Source: Armatimonadota bacterium (GTDB taxonomy: Bacteria; Armatimonadota; Fimbriimonadia; Fimbriimonadales; GBS-DC). Taken from it: a stretch of DNA of 64,000 bases. The notes under the pieces are model-generated. The model made no database searches. It saw only the letters and a list, made by a program, of their open reading frames with translations, and was not told the origin of the DNA. Every line of letters starts with the position of its first letter. Within the stretch, counting starts at the first letter, position 1. The stretch spans positions 204-64,203 of the forward strand of contig JBCNVA010000060.1 in assembly GCA_039630445.1 (NCBI GenBank), read 5' to 3'. Positions 28,566-37,534 of this stretch are shown here, in pieces. The translations under genes were made by a program, and so were the position numbers.

Positions 28566-30030
28566 AGGTTCGGTTCTCCAGCGTCTGCAGGCGGAGTGCA
28601 CCGAAGTTCGCCAGCATAAAGAGCACCTCCACCTCCGCCAAGGTGAACTCACGCGCGGTTTTCGTGAGCAACAGGATCACGCCAAATGCCTGTTCCGCTG
28701 CCTGCAACGGCACCGCCAGCGCCGACTGATAGGCGCCTGGCAACGGCTCTTTGCGATTCTGTGGATGATGTTTCAGGTCAATCGCGGCAAGCGGCGCGTT
28801 AAAGGCATAGACCCAACCGGGCAGGCTGTACTGCGCATCTGGATAGTGGATCAGCAAGGCATCCTCGGGTGGCTTAACGCATACAGGTTGTAGCCGCTGA
28901 GATGCGCTCTGGCTTGCAGGTGAACCAAAGTAAATCACGCAGTGGTCAGCAGGCACGAGCCGAAGGGCGTTCTCGGCAAGCAGTGCCAGCCACTCCTGAA
29001 CAGCGCAGACTTCGCTCAACTTCAACGAGAATTCGTACAGGATGGTCAGATACTGGGCGCGACAGGCGAGCTGCTCATGGAGCATCGCGTGCCCAATCAG
29101 CAGCGCGATATGCCCTATTAGCTCGTGCAGAGGAATAGGGAGGTTAGCAAGCGGGGTTTGACCCTCGCTTGCACCTGACGCTCCCGACGACCGAATGCCA
29201 ATTGCTAACACACCGAGGGGACGCCCTGCCAGCCTGAGCGGAAACAGCTCGGCATTCAGCCCTTGCTCGGTAGCGAGCGTGCAAGGCGATTCTTGCCAAT
29301 CGGGCGGCAAGGTCGCTGGCTCAATCACTTCGGGCAGCAGGGACGCGCCGTAGCGCAGGATGCATACCAAGCGCGTGCGCTCCTCATTATAGAGCCAGAT
29401 TCCGCCCGTCAGGGGCGAGGTGGCGCGCAGCACCGGCTCCACGAGTTGCAGCACGCGCTGGAGGCTCACTTCCGCGCTTAGTGGCTCGGCGAGGTGATGC
29501 AACCATTCCAGCGCACGCTCGCGCCCTGCCAGCGTCTGCCGAAGCGCATGGAGATGAACTCCGATTGTAAAGAGAGGAGCAATCTGGAGGAGCAGTGCCT
29601 CGTCGTGGTCGGTGAACGGCTCATGCTGGCGCTGGTTGACCAGCACCAGCGCGCCGCCCGATAGCCCGGGCAGCGGGATGCCGATGCCGGAGTGCAATCC
29701 TTTGAAGCCGCGACGCACGCCCCGCGAATGCTGTTCCCGTTCGCCCGCGTTGTAATAGCGCCAGGGCGTGCGCTTTTGCAGCAGTTCATCCAGCACGGTC
29801 TCCTCAGGGCGCAGGCGCAAGCCACGTAACTCTTCCGCGCCCTGCCCACTCACGAGGGCGAACTCGATCTCCTGCTGGGCGGGCAACAGCAACAGAGCCG
29901 TTTGTGCTGCAGTCTGCTTGCGTGTCCACTCCAGCACCTCGTCCAGCAGCGCAAAGGGGTCCACACCCCCCTGCAGGCGGCGCAACCAGCTATCTCCTTC
30001 CGGGCGCGCCCACAGCGCGGTCAGCAGCAT
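28558..30030 (-). CDS. triple GAF-like domain protein without a recognisable output domain
   Basis: 490 aa. Three segments of about 150 aa each end in a GAF-like strand-helix pattern (ALVLVNQRQHEPFTDHDEALL; LGVLAIGIRS; FGVILLLTKTAREFTLAEVEVL). GGAGGTG SD. Confidence 0.65.
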   Translation of the reverse strand: MLLTALWARPEGDSWLRRLQGGVDPFALLDEVLEWTRKQTAAQTALLLLPAQQEIEFALVSGQGAEELRGLRLRPEETVLDELLQKRTPWRYYNAGEREQHSRGVRRGFKGLHSGIGIPLPGLSGGALVLVNQRQHEPFTDHDEALLLQIAPLFTIGVHLHALRQTLAGRERALEWLHHLAEPLSAEVSLQRVLQLVEPVLRATSPLTGGIWLYNEERTRLVCILRYGASLLPEVIEPATLPPDWQESPCTLATEQGLNAELFPLRLAGRPLGVLAIGIRSSGASGASEGQTPLANLPIPLHELIGHIALLIGHAMLHEQLACRAQYLTILYEFSLKLSEVCAVQEWLALLAENALRLVPADHCVIYFGSPASQSASQRLQPVCVKPPEDALLIHYPDAQYSLPGWVYAFNAPLAAIDLKHHPQNRKEPLPGAYQSALAVPLQAAEQAFGVILLLTKTAREFTLAEVEVLFMLANFGALRLQTLENRTYA

Positions 30031-30054
30031 CCCACCTCCAGCCTTCTCGCGCCC

Positions 30055-31608
30055 TTATTCACCCTCACCTCTTGAGCCAAAGTTGAACAGCACAATCAGC
30101 AGGTCGGCATCGTCCACATAGCCATCACCTGTGAGATCCAGCTCAGGGTTTATGGTGTCGTAAGCCATCAGGATAGTTAGCAGGTCCTCGTCGTCCACGA
30201 CGCCGTCGGCATTCAGGTCGCCATTCCCCAGCACCACGCGCACATAGCCAGGCGAATCGGTCTCGATATGCACATTCCGCACCACACCCGGTAGCGAGTG
30301 GCGCAGGCGGATTTTGATGTCATGCTCGCCCACTGGCGTCTCTGAGAGGGAGAAGTTGCCGTCGGCGTCGAGGGGGGCGACCATTTCGTACTTCAGCTCG
30401 CCATCCTGATAGAACTGCACGACCGCCTCCAGCCCTGCGTAGCTTCCGTTCCAGCCCTCCAGCTCGGTGTCACCCATGAGAAAACCGCTGAGCGGACCAA
30501 AAGCATACAGTTGTCCAGTAGCATCTAAGTAATAAACAGTGCCGTCGGCTCCTATAGCCATAGCGCTGCGGTGGTTGGGAAGCGCCGGGTAGAAGGACCA
30601 GCGAATCAGCCCATTCGCGGGATTAACAGCATACAGCTGCCATCCTAATACATACACAGTGCCATCCGCACCAATCGCAGGGGTTGAACCGCGTGTGCCA
30701 ATACTGGCGCGCCACCTTAAAACTCCATTGTGGCTGAATTTATACAGATAAAGGTCTCGTGAGCCAAAATAGACGGCGTCGGGGGCCACAGCGGGACCTG
30801 TATCGATGATGCCAAAAGTTAGGTAGCGCCACAGGAGCTGACCTGACAAATTCACGGCACGGAACGCATAGTCCCACGAGCCAAAGAAAAGGCGATTGGA
30901 GCCGAGGGCGATGGCTCCGGTAATCGGGTAGAACACGGGAAACCGCCACAGGATTGTGCCATCGGGGCGGATTGCGTAGAGCTGATTGGAGGCGCCCACA
31001 TAAATCGTTCCATCATTCCCGAAGCATGGGGTACTGTTCGCTTCCCATCCCAGGTAGACGCGCCAAGCGACCGTTCCATCGGGGTTCACGCAATAAAGAT
31101 AGCCCCCTGGAGACTGACCATTCGTCACATAGATGCGACCGTCGGGACCGATGGCAGGTGAGGAGCGCACTTCCGTCCCGCCCAAATAGAGGCTCCAGCG
31201 CAGCGTACCATTCGGATTAAGGGCAATCAGCAGGGCGTCGTTCGGGTTGCCAATCACATAAATGGTGCCGTCGACCCCGATAGCAGGAGTTGAGAACGGA
31301 ACGCCGATCCCTGCCGACCATCGCCAGCGACGGGTTCCGTTGGGATTCACGGCGTCTACCCCTGCTGCACAAGGCACATAGATGGTGCCGTCGGCAGCCA
31401 CAGCGGGCGAAGCAAAGGTACGGCTCCCCGCATTGTAGATCCAGCGGACACTCCCATTGGTCGGTGCACCTAGGGTGGTGCAGCGAGTGTTCTGGTAGTC
31501 ACGCCCCAGCGAAGGCCACGGTGCGTTCGGCTGTAGCTGCGCCCATAAAACGCTCTGCAAAGTGCACAGGGCGATACCAGTTCCTAAAAATCGTCTCCAT
31601 CTGCTCAT
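30055..31608 (-). CDS. secreted PQQ-like beta-propeller protein with C-terminal dockerin-type module
   Basis: Signal peptide MSRWRRFLGTGIALCTLQSVLWAQ. Repeated (A/P)DGT(I/V)YV blades with LRW/RWR motifs. Ca-binding dockerin repeats GDLNADGVVDDEDLL and DLTGDGYVDDADLL. Start at ATG 31608 (AGAGGAGA SD). Confidence 0.8.
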   Translation of the reverse strand: MSRWRRFLGTGIALCTLQSVLWAQLQPNAPWPSLGRDYQNTRCTTLGAPTNGSVRWIYNAGSRTFASPAVAADGTIYVPCAAGVDAVNPNGTRRWRWSAGIGVPFSTPAIGVDGTIYVIGNPNDALLIALNPNGTLRWSLYLGGTEVRSSPAIGPDGRIYVTNGQSPGGYLYCVNPDGTVAWRVYLGWEANSTPCFGNDGTIYVGASNQLYAIRPDGTILWRFPVFYPITGAIALGSNRLFFGSWDYAFRAVNLSGQLLWRYLTFGIIDTGPAVAPDAVYFGSRDLYLYKFSHNGVLRWRASIGTRGSTPAIGADGTVYVLGWQLYAVNPANGLIRWSFYPALPNHRSAMAIGADGTVYYLDATGQLYAFGPLSGFLMGDTELEGWNGSYAGLEAVVQFYQDGELKYEMVAPLDADGNFSLSETPVGEHDIKIRLRHSLPGVVRNVHIETDSPGYVRVVLGNGDLNADGVVDDEDLLTILMAYDTINPELDLTGDGYVDDADLLIVLFNFGSRGEGE

Positions 31609-31703
31609 GGCGTCTCCTCTCGCGTGTCTATTATACACCATTTTCACCGCTTAATGCCCCTGCAAAATCGCTCGTTATCCCCTTTACACACGGCTTACCA
31701 TTA

Positions 31704-31711
31704 GGTATACT
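31704..31711 (+). promoter_or_regulatory. candidate -10 element GGTATACT; ispH probably leaderless
   Basis: TATACT at 31706-31711; 8 nt to ATG 31720. Confidence 0.45.
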
Positions 31712-31719
31712 GAGGGCGT

Positions 31720-32676
31720 ATGGAGAAGATAATCCTGGCGGCACCGCGCGGATTCTGCGCAGGGGTAGCCTATGCGATTGAGGTGGTGGAGCTGGCGCTA
31801 AAGGCGTTCGGCACGCCCCTCTATGTGCGCCATGCGATTGTGCATAATGAGCATGTGGTGCGCTCCTTTGAGCAGCGGGGCGTCATCTTTGTAGAGGATC
31901 TGGAGGAGGTGCCGCCAGGTGCCACGGTGGTGTTCAGCGCGCATGGAGTGCCCCCCTCGGTACGCCAGCAAGCGGCAGAGCGTGGGCTGCGCGTGATCGA
32001 TGCGACCTGCCCCTTAGTCAGCAAGGTGCATCGTGAGATCACGCGCTTCGCCCGCCAAGGCTATCACATCCTCTATATTGGGCATCGCGGGCATGTAGAA
32101 GCGATCGGCAGCATGGGACATGCACCCGGTCAAATCACACTTATTGACAGCATCGCAGAGGCGGAGCGGGTCCAGCCGCCTTCCGACCGTCCACTTGCCG
32201 TCGCGACGCAGACCACGCTGAGCGTGGACGAGGTGAACGCTATCCTGAAGGTGCTACGCCGCCGTTTCCCCCATCTGCAGCTCCCGCCCAAAGAGGACAT
32301 CTGCTACGCCACGACCAATCGGCAAGCGGCGGTCAAAGCGCTCGCCCAGCGATGCGACATGGTGCTGGTAGTCGGCAGCCAGACCAGCAGCAACTCGAAC
32401 CGCCTGCGCGAAGTGGCGGAGGCGCAGGGCGTGCCCGCCTATCTGCTGCTGGAGCCACACGAGGTGCAGCCTGAATGGGCACAGACCTATCGCGTGATTG
32501 GCGTCACCAGCGGCGCCTCCACCCCCGAAGAATCGACCGAAGCGATTATCGGCGAGCTGTTGCGCTATAGCCCGAACGCCGTTGTCGAAACGCTCCAGCT
32601 AATGGAGGAGCAGATCGAGTTTATCCCCCCGCGCACACTGATTGCACAAGCCCAATTAGGCGCGGGCGTTCAGTAA
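31720..32676 (+). CDS. ispH: 4-hydroxy-3-methylbut-2-enyl diphosphate reductase
   Basis: MEKIILAAPRGFCAGV.., HNEHVV, ATCPLVSKVH, NSSNSNRL. Confidence 0.95.
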   Translation: MEKIILAAPRGFCAGVAYAIEVVELALKAFGTPLYVRHAIVHNEHVVRSFEQRGVIFVEDLEEVPPGATVVFSAHGVPPSVRQQAAERGLRVIDATCPLVSKVHREITRFARQGYHILYIGHRGHVEAIGSMGHAPGQITLIDSIAEAERVQPPSDRPLAVATQTTLSVDEVNAILKVLRRRFPHLQLPPKEDICYATTNRQAAVKALAQRCDMVLVVGSQTSSNSNRLREVAEAQGVPAYLLLEPHEVQPEWAQTYRVIGVTSGASTPEESTEAIIGELLRYSPNAVVETLQLMEEQIEFIPPRTLIAQAQLGAGVQ

Positions 32677-32696
32677 ACGGCGTAGGCAATCTTGGC

Positions 32697-33794
32697 TCAG
32701 AACGAGTCGGCAGGCAGAAAGAGCGCAGGTCGCGGCGGGAAGCGTTTTCGAAGCGTATCTGGCAAGCTCCCCATGTCGGGCAGATCTAACTCGCCATACA
32801 GCCCGAACAGCAGGCGCAACGCCTGCGACACGCTCAGGGTTTCGATTTCGGCTGGCACGAGGGTACCGCTTAGCCGTTCAAACGCCTCCCACAACCGTTC
32901 CCGATGTCCTACCCGCACCATCGGATGGCGCTGCGGCACAAACATCAGTCCCGACACGCGCGGGCGCAAGATACGCTCGGCGTCTGGCAGTGAAAGGAAC
33001 CAGCGGATATGCTCGGCACCTGCCAGAAACGCCATATTATTCACGAAGCCAATCACGGCATCCACGAAAGCAGGCTCCAATACTTCCCCACCCATCTCGG
33101 TCAGCGAAATCGCCTCCACCTGCCGTGAGCCGTCTTCCGCATGGCGGTAGTGCGTCTCTATTGCCAGATAACCGAGCGGCTCACCCACACACTCCACAAT
33201 ATAGAATCCGCGTCGCCAGTTCTCGTCTTCCCAGCGCAGCCACACATGCCAGTAGCGCTCATCCCGAATCACTGTGAAGGGATGGTCGGCGTAAGTGCGC
33301 TCATGCCAGCGACGCACCCGAGGTAAATCGTCAGGCGCGGCGACACGAAAGTGCCAATCCTCCGAGAGGGGCATCGGCTGTGGTACCGAAACAGGCAGGG
33401 GAAGCGTCAACACTTCCCAGCCTAAGCGCGCGTAGAAGGAATGAATGCCTGTGAAAAGTAGCCCGAACAGGAAGTCCTCGCTATCGATCACCTCATGGGC
33501 GTCATGCATCAGGCGCGAAGCGAACCCCTGACCGCGGTAGGCGGGCAAAGTCGCTACATTCGCAATACCCGCCATCCACACGCGCTGCCCGTTCAGGCGC
33601 ACAGCACGCCGCACAATCTGCACCGTGGAGACCAATCGCCCCTCCAGCTCGCATACGCGCGTGTAGTCAGGCTTCCATAGCGGATCGTCAAAGTAGCGGA
33701 CAAAATAGTCCGCACCAGGTGAAAAGACCTGGGTCCACAGCTGCAAACATTCGGACTGCTCGTCAGCACGCAAGGCACGAAAGCGGGGCTTCAT
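32697..33794 (-). CDS. GNAT N-acetyltransferase, Eis-like three-domain architecture
   Basis: GNAT motif A (VATLPAYRGQGFASRLM) plus a long C-terminal extension, as in Eis/SCP2-containing acetyltransferases. Start GTG 33797 or ATG 33794 overlaps the upstream stop. Confidence 0.7.
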   Translation of the reverse strand: MKPRFRALRADEQSECLQLWTQVFSPGADYFVRYFDDPLWKPDYTRVCELEGRLVSTVQIVRRAVRLNGQRVWMAGIANVATLPAYRGQGFASRLMHDAHEVIDSEDFLFGLLFTGIHSFYARLGWEVLTLPLPVSVPQPMPLSEDWHFRVAAPDDLPRVRRWHERTYADHPFTVIRDERYWHVWLRWEDENWRRGFYIVECVGEPLGYLAIETHYRHAEDGSRQVEAISLTEMGGEVLEPAFVDAVIGFVNNMAFLAGAEHIRWFLSLPDAERILRPRVSGLMFVPQRHPMVRVGHRERLWEAFERLSGTLVPAEIETLSVSQALRLLFGLYGELDLPDMGSLPDTLRKRFPPRPALFLPADSF

Positions 33795-34087
33795 CACTCA
33801 CCCATCTCTTCTGGCAGCTCCTCACCTACCTCGAACAGGTCTTCGCCCACAATCCGCTTGCGCTCCTCAGCGGCTAAATCTTCCAGACCTACCTCGCCCT
33901 CCACGAAGGCGATTTCTTCATCTGGACCGATCACGAGGCGCTCTTCCTCATCCTCCGCGATGGGCAAGGGAAACCACTGCTGTGGGTTCACCTTGCGGCA
34001 GTTGTCGCACACAAAGCGGATGTTGACCGACGCCATCCAGAGAGGGATTTTATCCATCGGCTTGCCACACTCTGAGCAGGTAATCAT
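33794..34087 (-). CDS. zinc-ribbon protein with a strongly acidic tail (97 aa)
   Basis: MITCSECGKP..FVCDNCRK (CxxC..CxxC), then an E/D-rich tail. GGGAGG SD. ATG 34087 overlaps the upstream stop (ATGA). Confidence 0.55.
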   Translation of the reverse strand: MITCSECGKPMDKIPLWMASVNIRFVCDNCRKVNPQQWFPLPIAEDEEERLVIGPDEEIAFVEGEVGLEDLAAEERKRIVGEDLFEVGEELPEEMGE

Positions 34088-34347
34088 CGTGTTGTCGCCT
34101 CCCGTTGACCGCGTGTGGGCTGGTCGCTCTTTTGGGCGCTCCCTTCCAGCTCGCGCAGATACTGGCGATGGGACAGAATGCCGTTGATGAGCATCACGAC
34201 GGCTGCGAGCAAATAGAGCCACGCCAGATTCGGATCGACATCCTGACCGGGATCCGCAATCACCTCGTTACCCCGGGCTAACCCGATTAGCCCGATGGTT
34301 GCCAGAATCAGCGCGATCCAGAAATCGGTCTTCTTCCACCAGCCCAT
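34084..34347 (-). CDS. small two-TM membrane protein (87 aa)
   Basis: MGWWKKTDFWIALILATIGLIGL.. and LYLLAAVVMLINGIL helices. First gene of a three-gene overlapping set. Confidence 0.5.
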   Translation of the reverse strand: MGWWKKTDFWIALILATIGLIGLARGNEVIADPGQDVDPNLAWLYLLAAVVMLINGILSHRQYLRELEGSAQKSDQPTRGQREATTR

Positions 34348-34358
34348 AGCGATTAAGC

Positions 34359-34366
34359 ATTATACC
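34359..34366 (-). promoter_or_regulatory. candidate -10 element (GGTATAAT on minus strand)
   Basis: Plus-strand attatacc; 11 nt upstream of ATG 34347. Confidence 0.4.
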
Positions 34367-34434
34367 TTGCACCATTTCCTCCGCGATGGGTTGCTGCGTG
34401 AAAACTGATAAGCCGCCTTCAGGGCACGGCACTC

Positions 34435-34443
34435 GGATATACT
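34435..34443 (+). promoter_or_regulatory. candidate -10 element GGATATACT; lnt probably leaderless
   Basis: TATACT at 34438-34443; 6 nt to GTG 34450. Confidence 0.35.
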
Positions 34444-34449
34444 CCTGCT

Positions 34450-36036
34450 GTGCGATTCGGGGTGCTAACCCTCTCGGCTCTTTTGAGTGCGCTGGCACAT
34501 CCGCCACTGGGCTGGTGGTGGCTGATGTTGCTTGCGCCTGCGCCGCTATTTGGCTATTTGCCTGGTAAGCGGGCGCGTGTGGGGTTCCTGTATGGTTGGT
34601 GGTGGGGCTTCGTCTATGGGCTGGTGGTGGGCTTCCCGCTGACCTATCTGGTGAAGTTGCAGACAGGGAGCCTCTGGCTGACGGGAATAGGCTGGATAGG
34701 GGTGGTGGGGCTAAGCGCGTTGTTCTGGGGGCTGTTCGGCGCGCTGGCAACACGGATGCCGCGCTCTGTGCTTGGCTGTCTGGGGTTGGCAGGGCTATGG
34801 ACGCTGTGCCAGTGGCTGCGCGGGCTGGGACCTTTTGCGTTCGTGTGGGGGCATTTCGCCGTATCGCTCTATCGCGTACCGTTACTCCTGCAGGTCGCCG
34901 ACTTGGGCGGAGCATGGGGATTGGAGTTTCTCGTGGCGTTCTGGAACGCGCTGCTGGGCATAGGGCTGATGGCGCGCCTTTCGGGGGGCTTGTCGATGGG
35001 GGTGCCGACGCTACGAATAAGCGGGCGCAATGAACGGACAGCCATCCGATTCTGGCTTGCAGCGGTGCTGCTATGGACATTCTGGCTGGGGTATGGCGTA
35101 GCTCGCAGGGCAGAGTTCTCTTCACGCATGGTGCTGAATTCCGATGCAAAGGCATCTCTTGCAACCCTTGCGCTGGTGCAGCCGAATGTGAACTTGGCGC
35201 GCACCTACACGCCCGATGAGTGGGAGCCAGTCCGAGTGCAGATTGCCCAGCAGGTGCAGCAGGTGGCGGCGCATCGTCCCTCGCTGATCGTGCTACCCGA
35301 ATCGCTGGAGCCGTATCCCCTGCCCGATGTGGCAGAGGCGTTCGAGTTCTGGGGTCGCTTAGCACAGAAGATAAGCGCGCCGATCCTGGTGGGCGGCTAC
35401 CGCATCGGCAACCCCCTCACAGGGCAGTACACCAACACCGTGCATCTCTTTCTGCCTGACGGCTCGTGGCGCTATCACGATAAGGTGCAGCTCGTGCCGC
35501 TGGGGGAGACGGTACCCTTCCGCGAGCAGTTACCCTTCCTGCAGGCTTTTGGCGTGGTGGAACGCGACCTGTTGCCTGGCGACTCGTTGGAGCCGCTTCG
35601 GGTGGAGCATTTGCGCATCGGCGCGGTCATCTGCATGGAGTCCACCTACCCCTGGATTGCGCGGGCACTGACACGGCATGGGGCGAACCTGTTGGTGGTT
35701 ATTTCGAACGAGTCGTGGTTTGGGCGCACGGCGGCGCTGGAGCAGCATCTGGCGTTCAGTGTGCTACGGGCGGTGGAGACGCGCCGCTGGCTGATTCGCT
35801 GTGCGCCAGAGGGCATCAGCGCATTTATTGCCCCTGATGGGCGCGTTTGGCGTGTGCCCGCTTTTCAGGCAGCGACTCCCGTGCAGACCGTCCGCCTGAT
35901 GGATGTGCCGACCTTCTATGTGCGCACAGGTGACTGGATTGTGCTGGCGAGCGCCGTTCTGGCAACGCTGGGTGGGTTCATGAGCGTGCGGGTGCGCGCT
36001 GCACACGCTTCTTGCGACCGCCCAGCAGCCACTTGA
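34450..36036 (+). CDS. lnt: apolipoprotein N-acyltransferase
   Basis: Multi-TM N-terminal half. CN-hydrolase domain (LVQPNV.., LIVLPES, AVICMES Cys). C-terminal TM. Confidence 0.9.
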   Translation: MRFGVLTLSALLSALAHPPLGWWWLMLLAPAPLFGYLPGKRARVGFLYGWWWGFVYGLVVGFPLTYLVKLQTGSLWLTGIGWIGVVGLSALFWGLFGALATRMPRSVLGCLGLAGLWTLCQWLRGLGPFAFVWGHFAVSLYRVPLLLQVADLGGAWGLEFLVAFWNALLGIGLMARLSGGLSMGVPTLRISGRNERTAIRFWLAAVLLWTFWLGYGVARRAEFSSRMVLNSDAKASLATLALVQPNVNLARTYTPDEWEPVRVQIAQQVQQVAAHRPSLIVLPESLEPYPLPDVAEAFEFWGRLAQKISAPILVGGYRIGNPLTGQYTNTVHLFLPDGSWRYHDKVQLVPLGETVPFREQLPFLQAFGVVERDLLPGDSLEPLRVEHLRIGAVICMESTYPWIARALTRHGANLLVVISNESWFGRTAALEQHLAFSVLRAVETRRWLIRCAPEGISAFIAPDGRVWRVPAFQAATPVQTVRLMDVPTFYVRTGDWIVLASAVLATLGGFMSVRVRAAHASCDRPAAT

Positions 36037-37066
36037 ACAGTTTGAGGGCGCCCTGTTCCCACGCCACGCGATGCGTGACGCCCGTGCCGACCTCCAGCCC
36101 CGCTGCATGCTCCAGATACCACTCGTAGGAGCGAATCAGCGCCTCGGCGTTGCTGTAGTGTGCGCCCCAGCCCAGCTTCGCCTTCGCCCGCTCCACCGAC
36201 ACAAATGAATCTTTATCCGCGGTCTCGTACACCCACTTATAGAGCGGGGAAAGTTTGAGCATCTCCAGAATGCGTAGGATGAACTTCACCAAGCCTGCGG
36301 GCGTAGCCATCGGGCGTGCGCCTGAGCCAGCATAGTCGCATAGCGCTTGCAAATCCTCGCGCACGGTTTGGAACCGCTCCGCGCCGATGTTGAAGGTGTC
36401 GTTCGCCTGTACAGGGTCTACCGTGCAGACCAGCCAGTACGCCTCGCACAGGTCGGACACCTCCAGCAGCTGGTAGCGGTTGCGCCCGCTGCCAATCATG
36501 GGGATGCGCGCCCCCGATTCCACCCAGTCATAAAGGATCTGGAACACGCCCAATCGCGCGGGTCCGATGAAGGTCTTCGGGCGAATAATGGGCACGATAT
36601 GCCCCTTCTCGCGAAATTCTAAGCAAACACGCTCAGCGAGAATCTTGCTCTCACCATAGGGACCCACGCCGATCAGGGGGTCATCCTCCTCGATGGGGTG
36701 CTTAATAGGAACGCCGTACACCGCGGTGGACGAAACATGGGCGACGCGCTCCACCCCTGCACGGAACGCCTCCTCCAGCACGATGCGCGTGCCATCTACA
36801 TTGGTACTGAAAATATCTGCTCGCTTCCACAAGGGCAACGCTGCCGCGCCGTGAATCACCCAGCGCGGACGCACCTGCTCCATCACCTGACGCACCTCTT
36901 CCCGATTGCGCACATCGCCCCGATAGAACTCCGTACCAGGCGGATATTCCGACTCCTCATAGGGCGCGATATCAAGCAGAGCGATCCGAACCCCTTTATC
37001 GGTAAAGTGATGCGCCAAATGATAGCCCAGAAAACCCGCGCCTCCCGTAATCAGCACCTTGTCCAT
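35978..37066 (-). CDS. NAD-dependent epimerase/dehydratase (SDR) family protein
   Basis: ITGGAGFLGYHL Rossmann motif; catalytic YGESK; start at ATG 37066. The 3' end overlaps the lnt 3' end by 59 bp. Confidence 0.85.
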   Translation of the reverse strand: MDKVLITGGAGFLGYHLAHHFTDKGVRIALLDIAPYEESEYPPGTEFYRGDVRNREEVRQVMEQVRPRWVIHGAAALPLWKRADIFSTNVDGTRIVLEEAFRAGVERVAHVSSTAVYGVPIKHPIEEDDPLIGVGPYGESKILAERVCLEFREKGHIVPIIRPKTFIGPARLGVFQILYDWVESGARIPMIGSGRNRYQLLEVSDLCEAYWLVCTVDPVQANDTFNIGAERFQTVREDLQALCDYAGSGARPMATPAGLVKFILRILEMLKLSPLYKWVYETADKDSFVSVERAKAKLGWGAHYSNAEALIRSYEWYLEHAAGLEVGTGVTHRVAWEQGALKLFKWLLGGRKKRVQRAPARS

Positions 37067-37088
37067 CACGGGAATTATACCATCCAGC

Positions 37089-37097
37089 GGGTATAAT
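37089..37097 (+). promoter_or_regulatory. candidate -10 element GGGTATAAT for trxA
   Basis: About 35 nt upstream of ATG 37133; GGAGGA SD in between. Confidence 0.45.
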
Positions 37098-37132
37098 CTC
37101 ACAACAGGCAACCTGCCTATGCGGAGGAAACT

Positions 37133-37456
37133 ATGGCTACCAAAGCCGTTACGGAGCGCGAATGGGAAACTGAGGTGCTACAATCACCTGTGCCAGTGCT
37201 GGTGGACTTCTGGGCGATCTGGTGTGGCCCCTGTCGCTTGATTGCACCCATCGTTGAGGAACTGGCTAATCAATACGCAGGTAAACTCAAGGTGCTCAAG
37301 GTCGATGTGGACCAGGAGCAGAATCTGGCGATTCGGTACGGGATTATGAGCATCCCCACCCTGCTACTGTTCAAGAATGGGCAGGTGGTGGATCAGATTG
37401 TGGGTGCGTTGCCGCGAGGGGTTATCGAGGAGCGCGTGAAGCGCCATCTGGATTAA
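37133..37456 (+). CDS. trxA: thioredoxin
   Basis: 107 aa; WAIWCGPC active site. Confidence 0.95.
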   Translation: MATKAVTEREWETEVLQSPVPVLVDFWAIWCGPCRLIAPIVEELANQYAGKLKVLKVDVDQEQNLAIRYGIMSIPTLLLFKNGQVVDQIVGALPRGVIEERVKRHLD

Positions 37457-37490
37457 GCGAATGGCGAATAGCGAGTGGCGAATTGTAGCG
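37456..37490 (-). repeat. phased short-unit array A (7-bp variant A[CT]TCGC[CT], reverse orientation)
   Basis: The reverse complement reads attcgcc actcgct attcgcc attcgct. Starts at the trxA stop codon. Confidence 0.8.
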
Positions 37491-37534
37491 CGATCCCTGT
37501 GATTGTCCCGATAATAACACAAACAGACACAACC

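Noticed and set aside
34268-35365. 365-aa Pro/Ala/Arg/Ser-rich ORF on the minus strand
   Set aside because: It is entirely antisense to the well-supported lnt gene. Its low-complexity composition is typical of shadow ORFs in high-GC DNA. No motif or SD.
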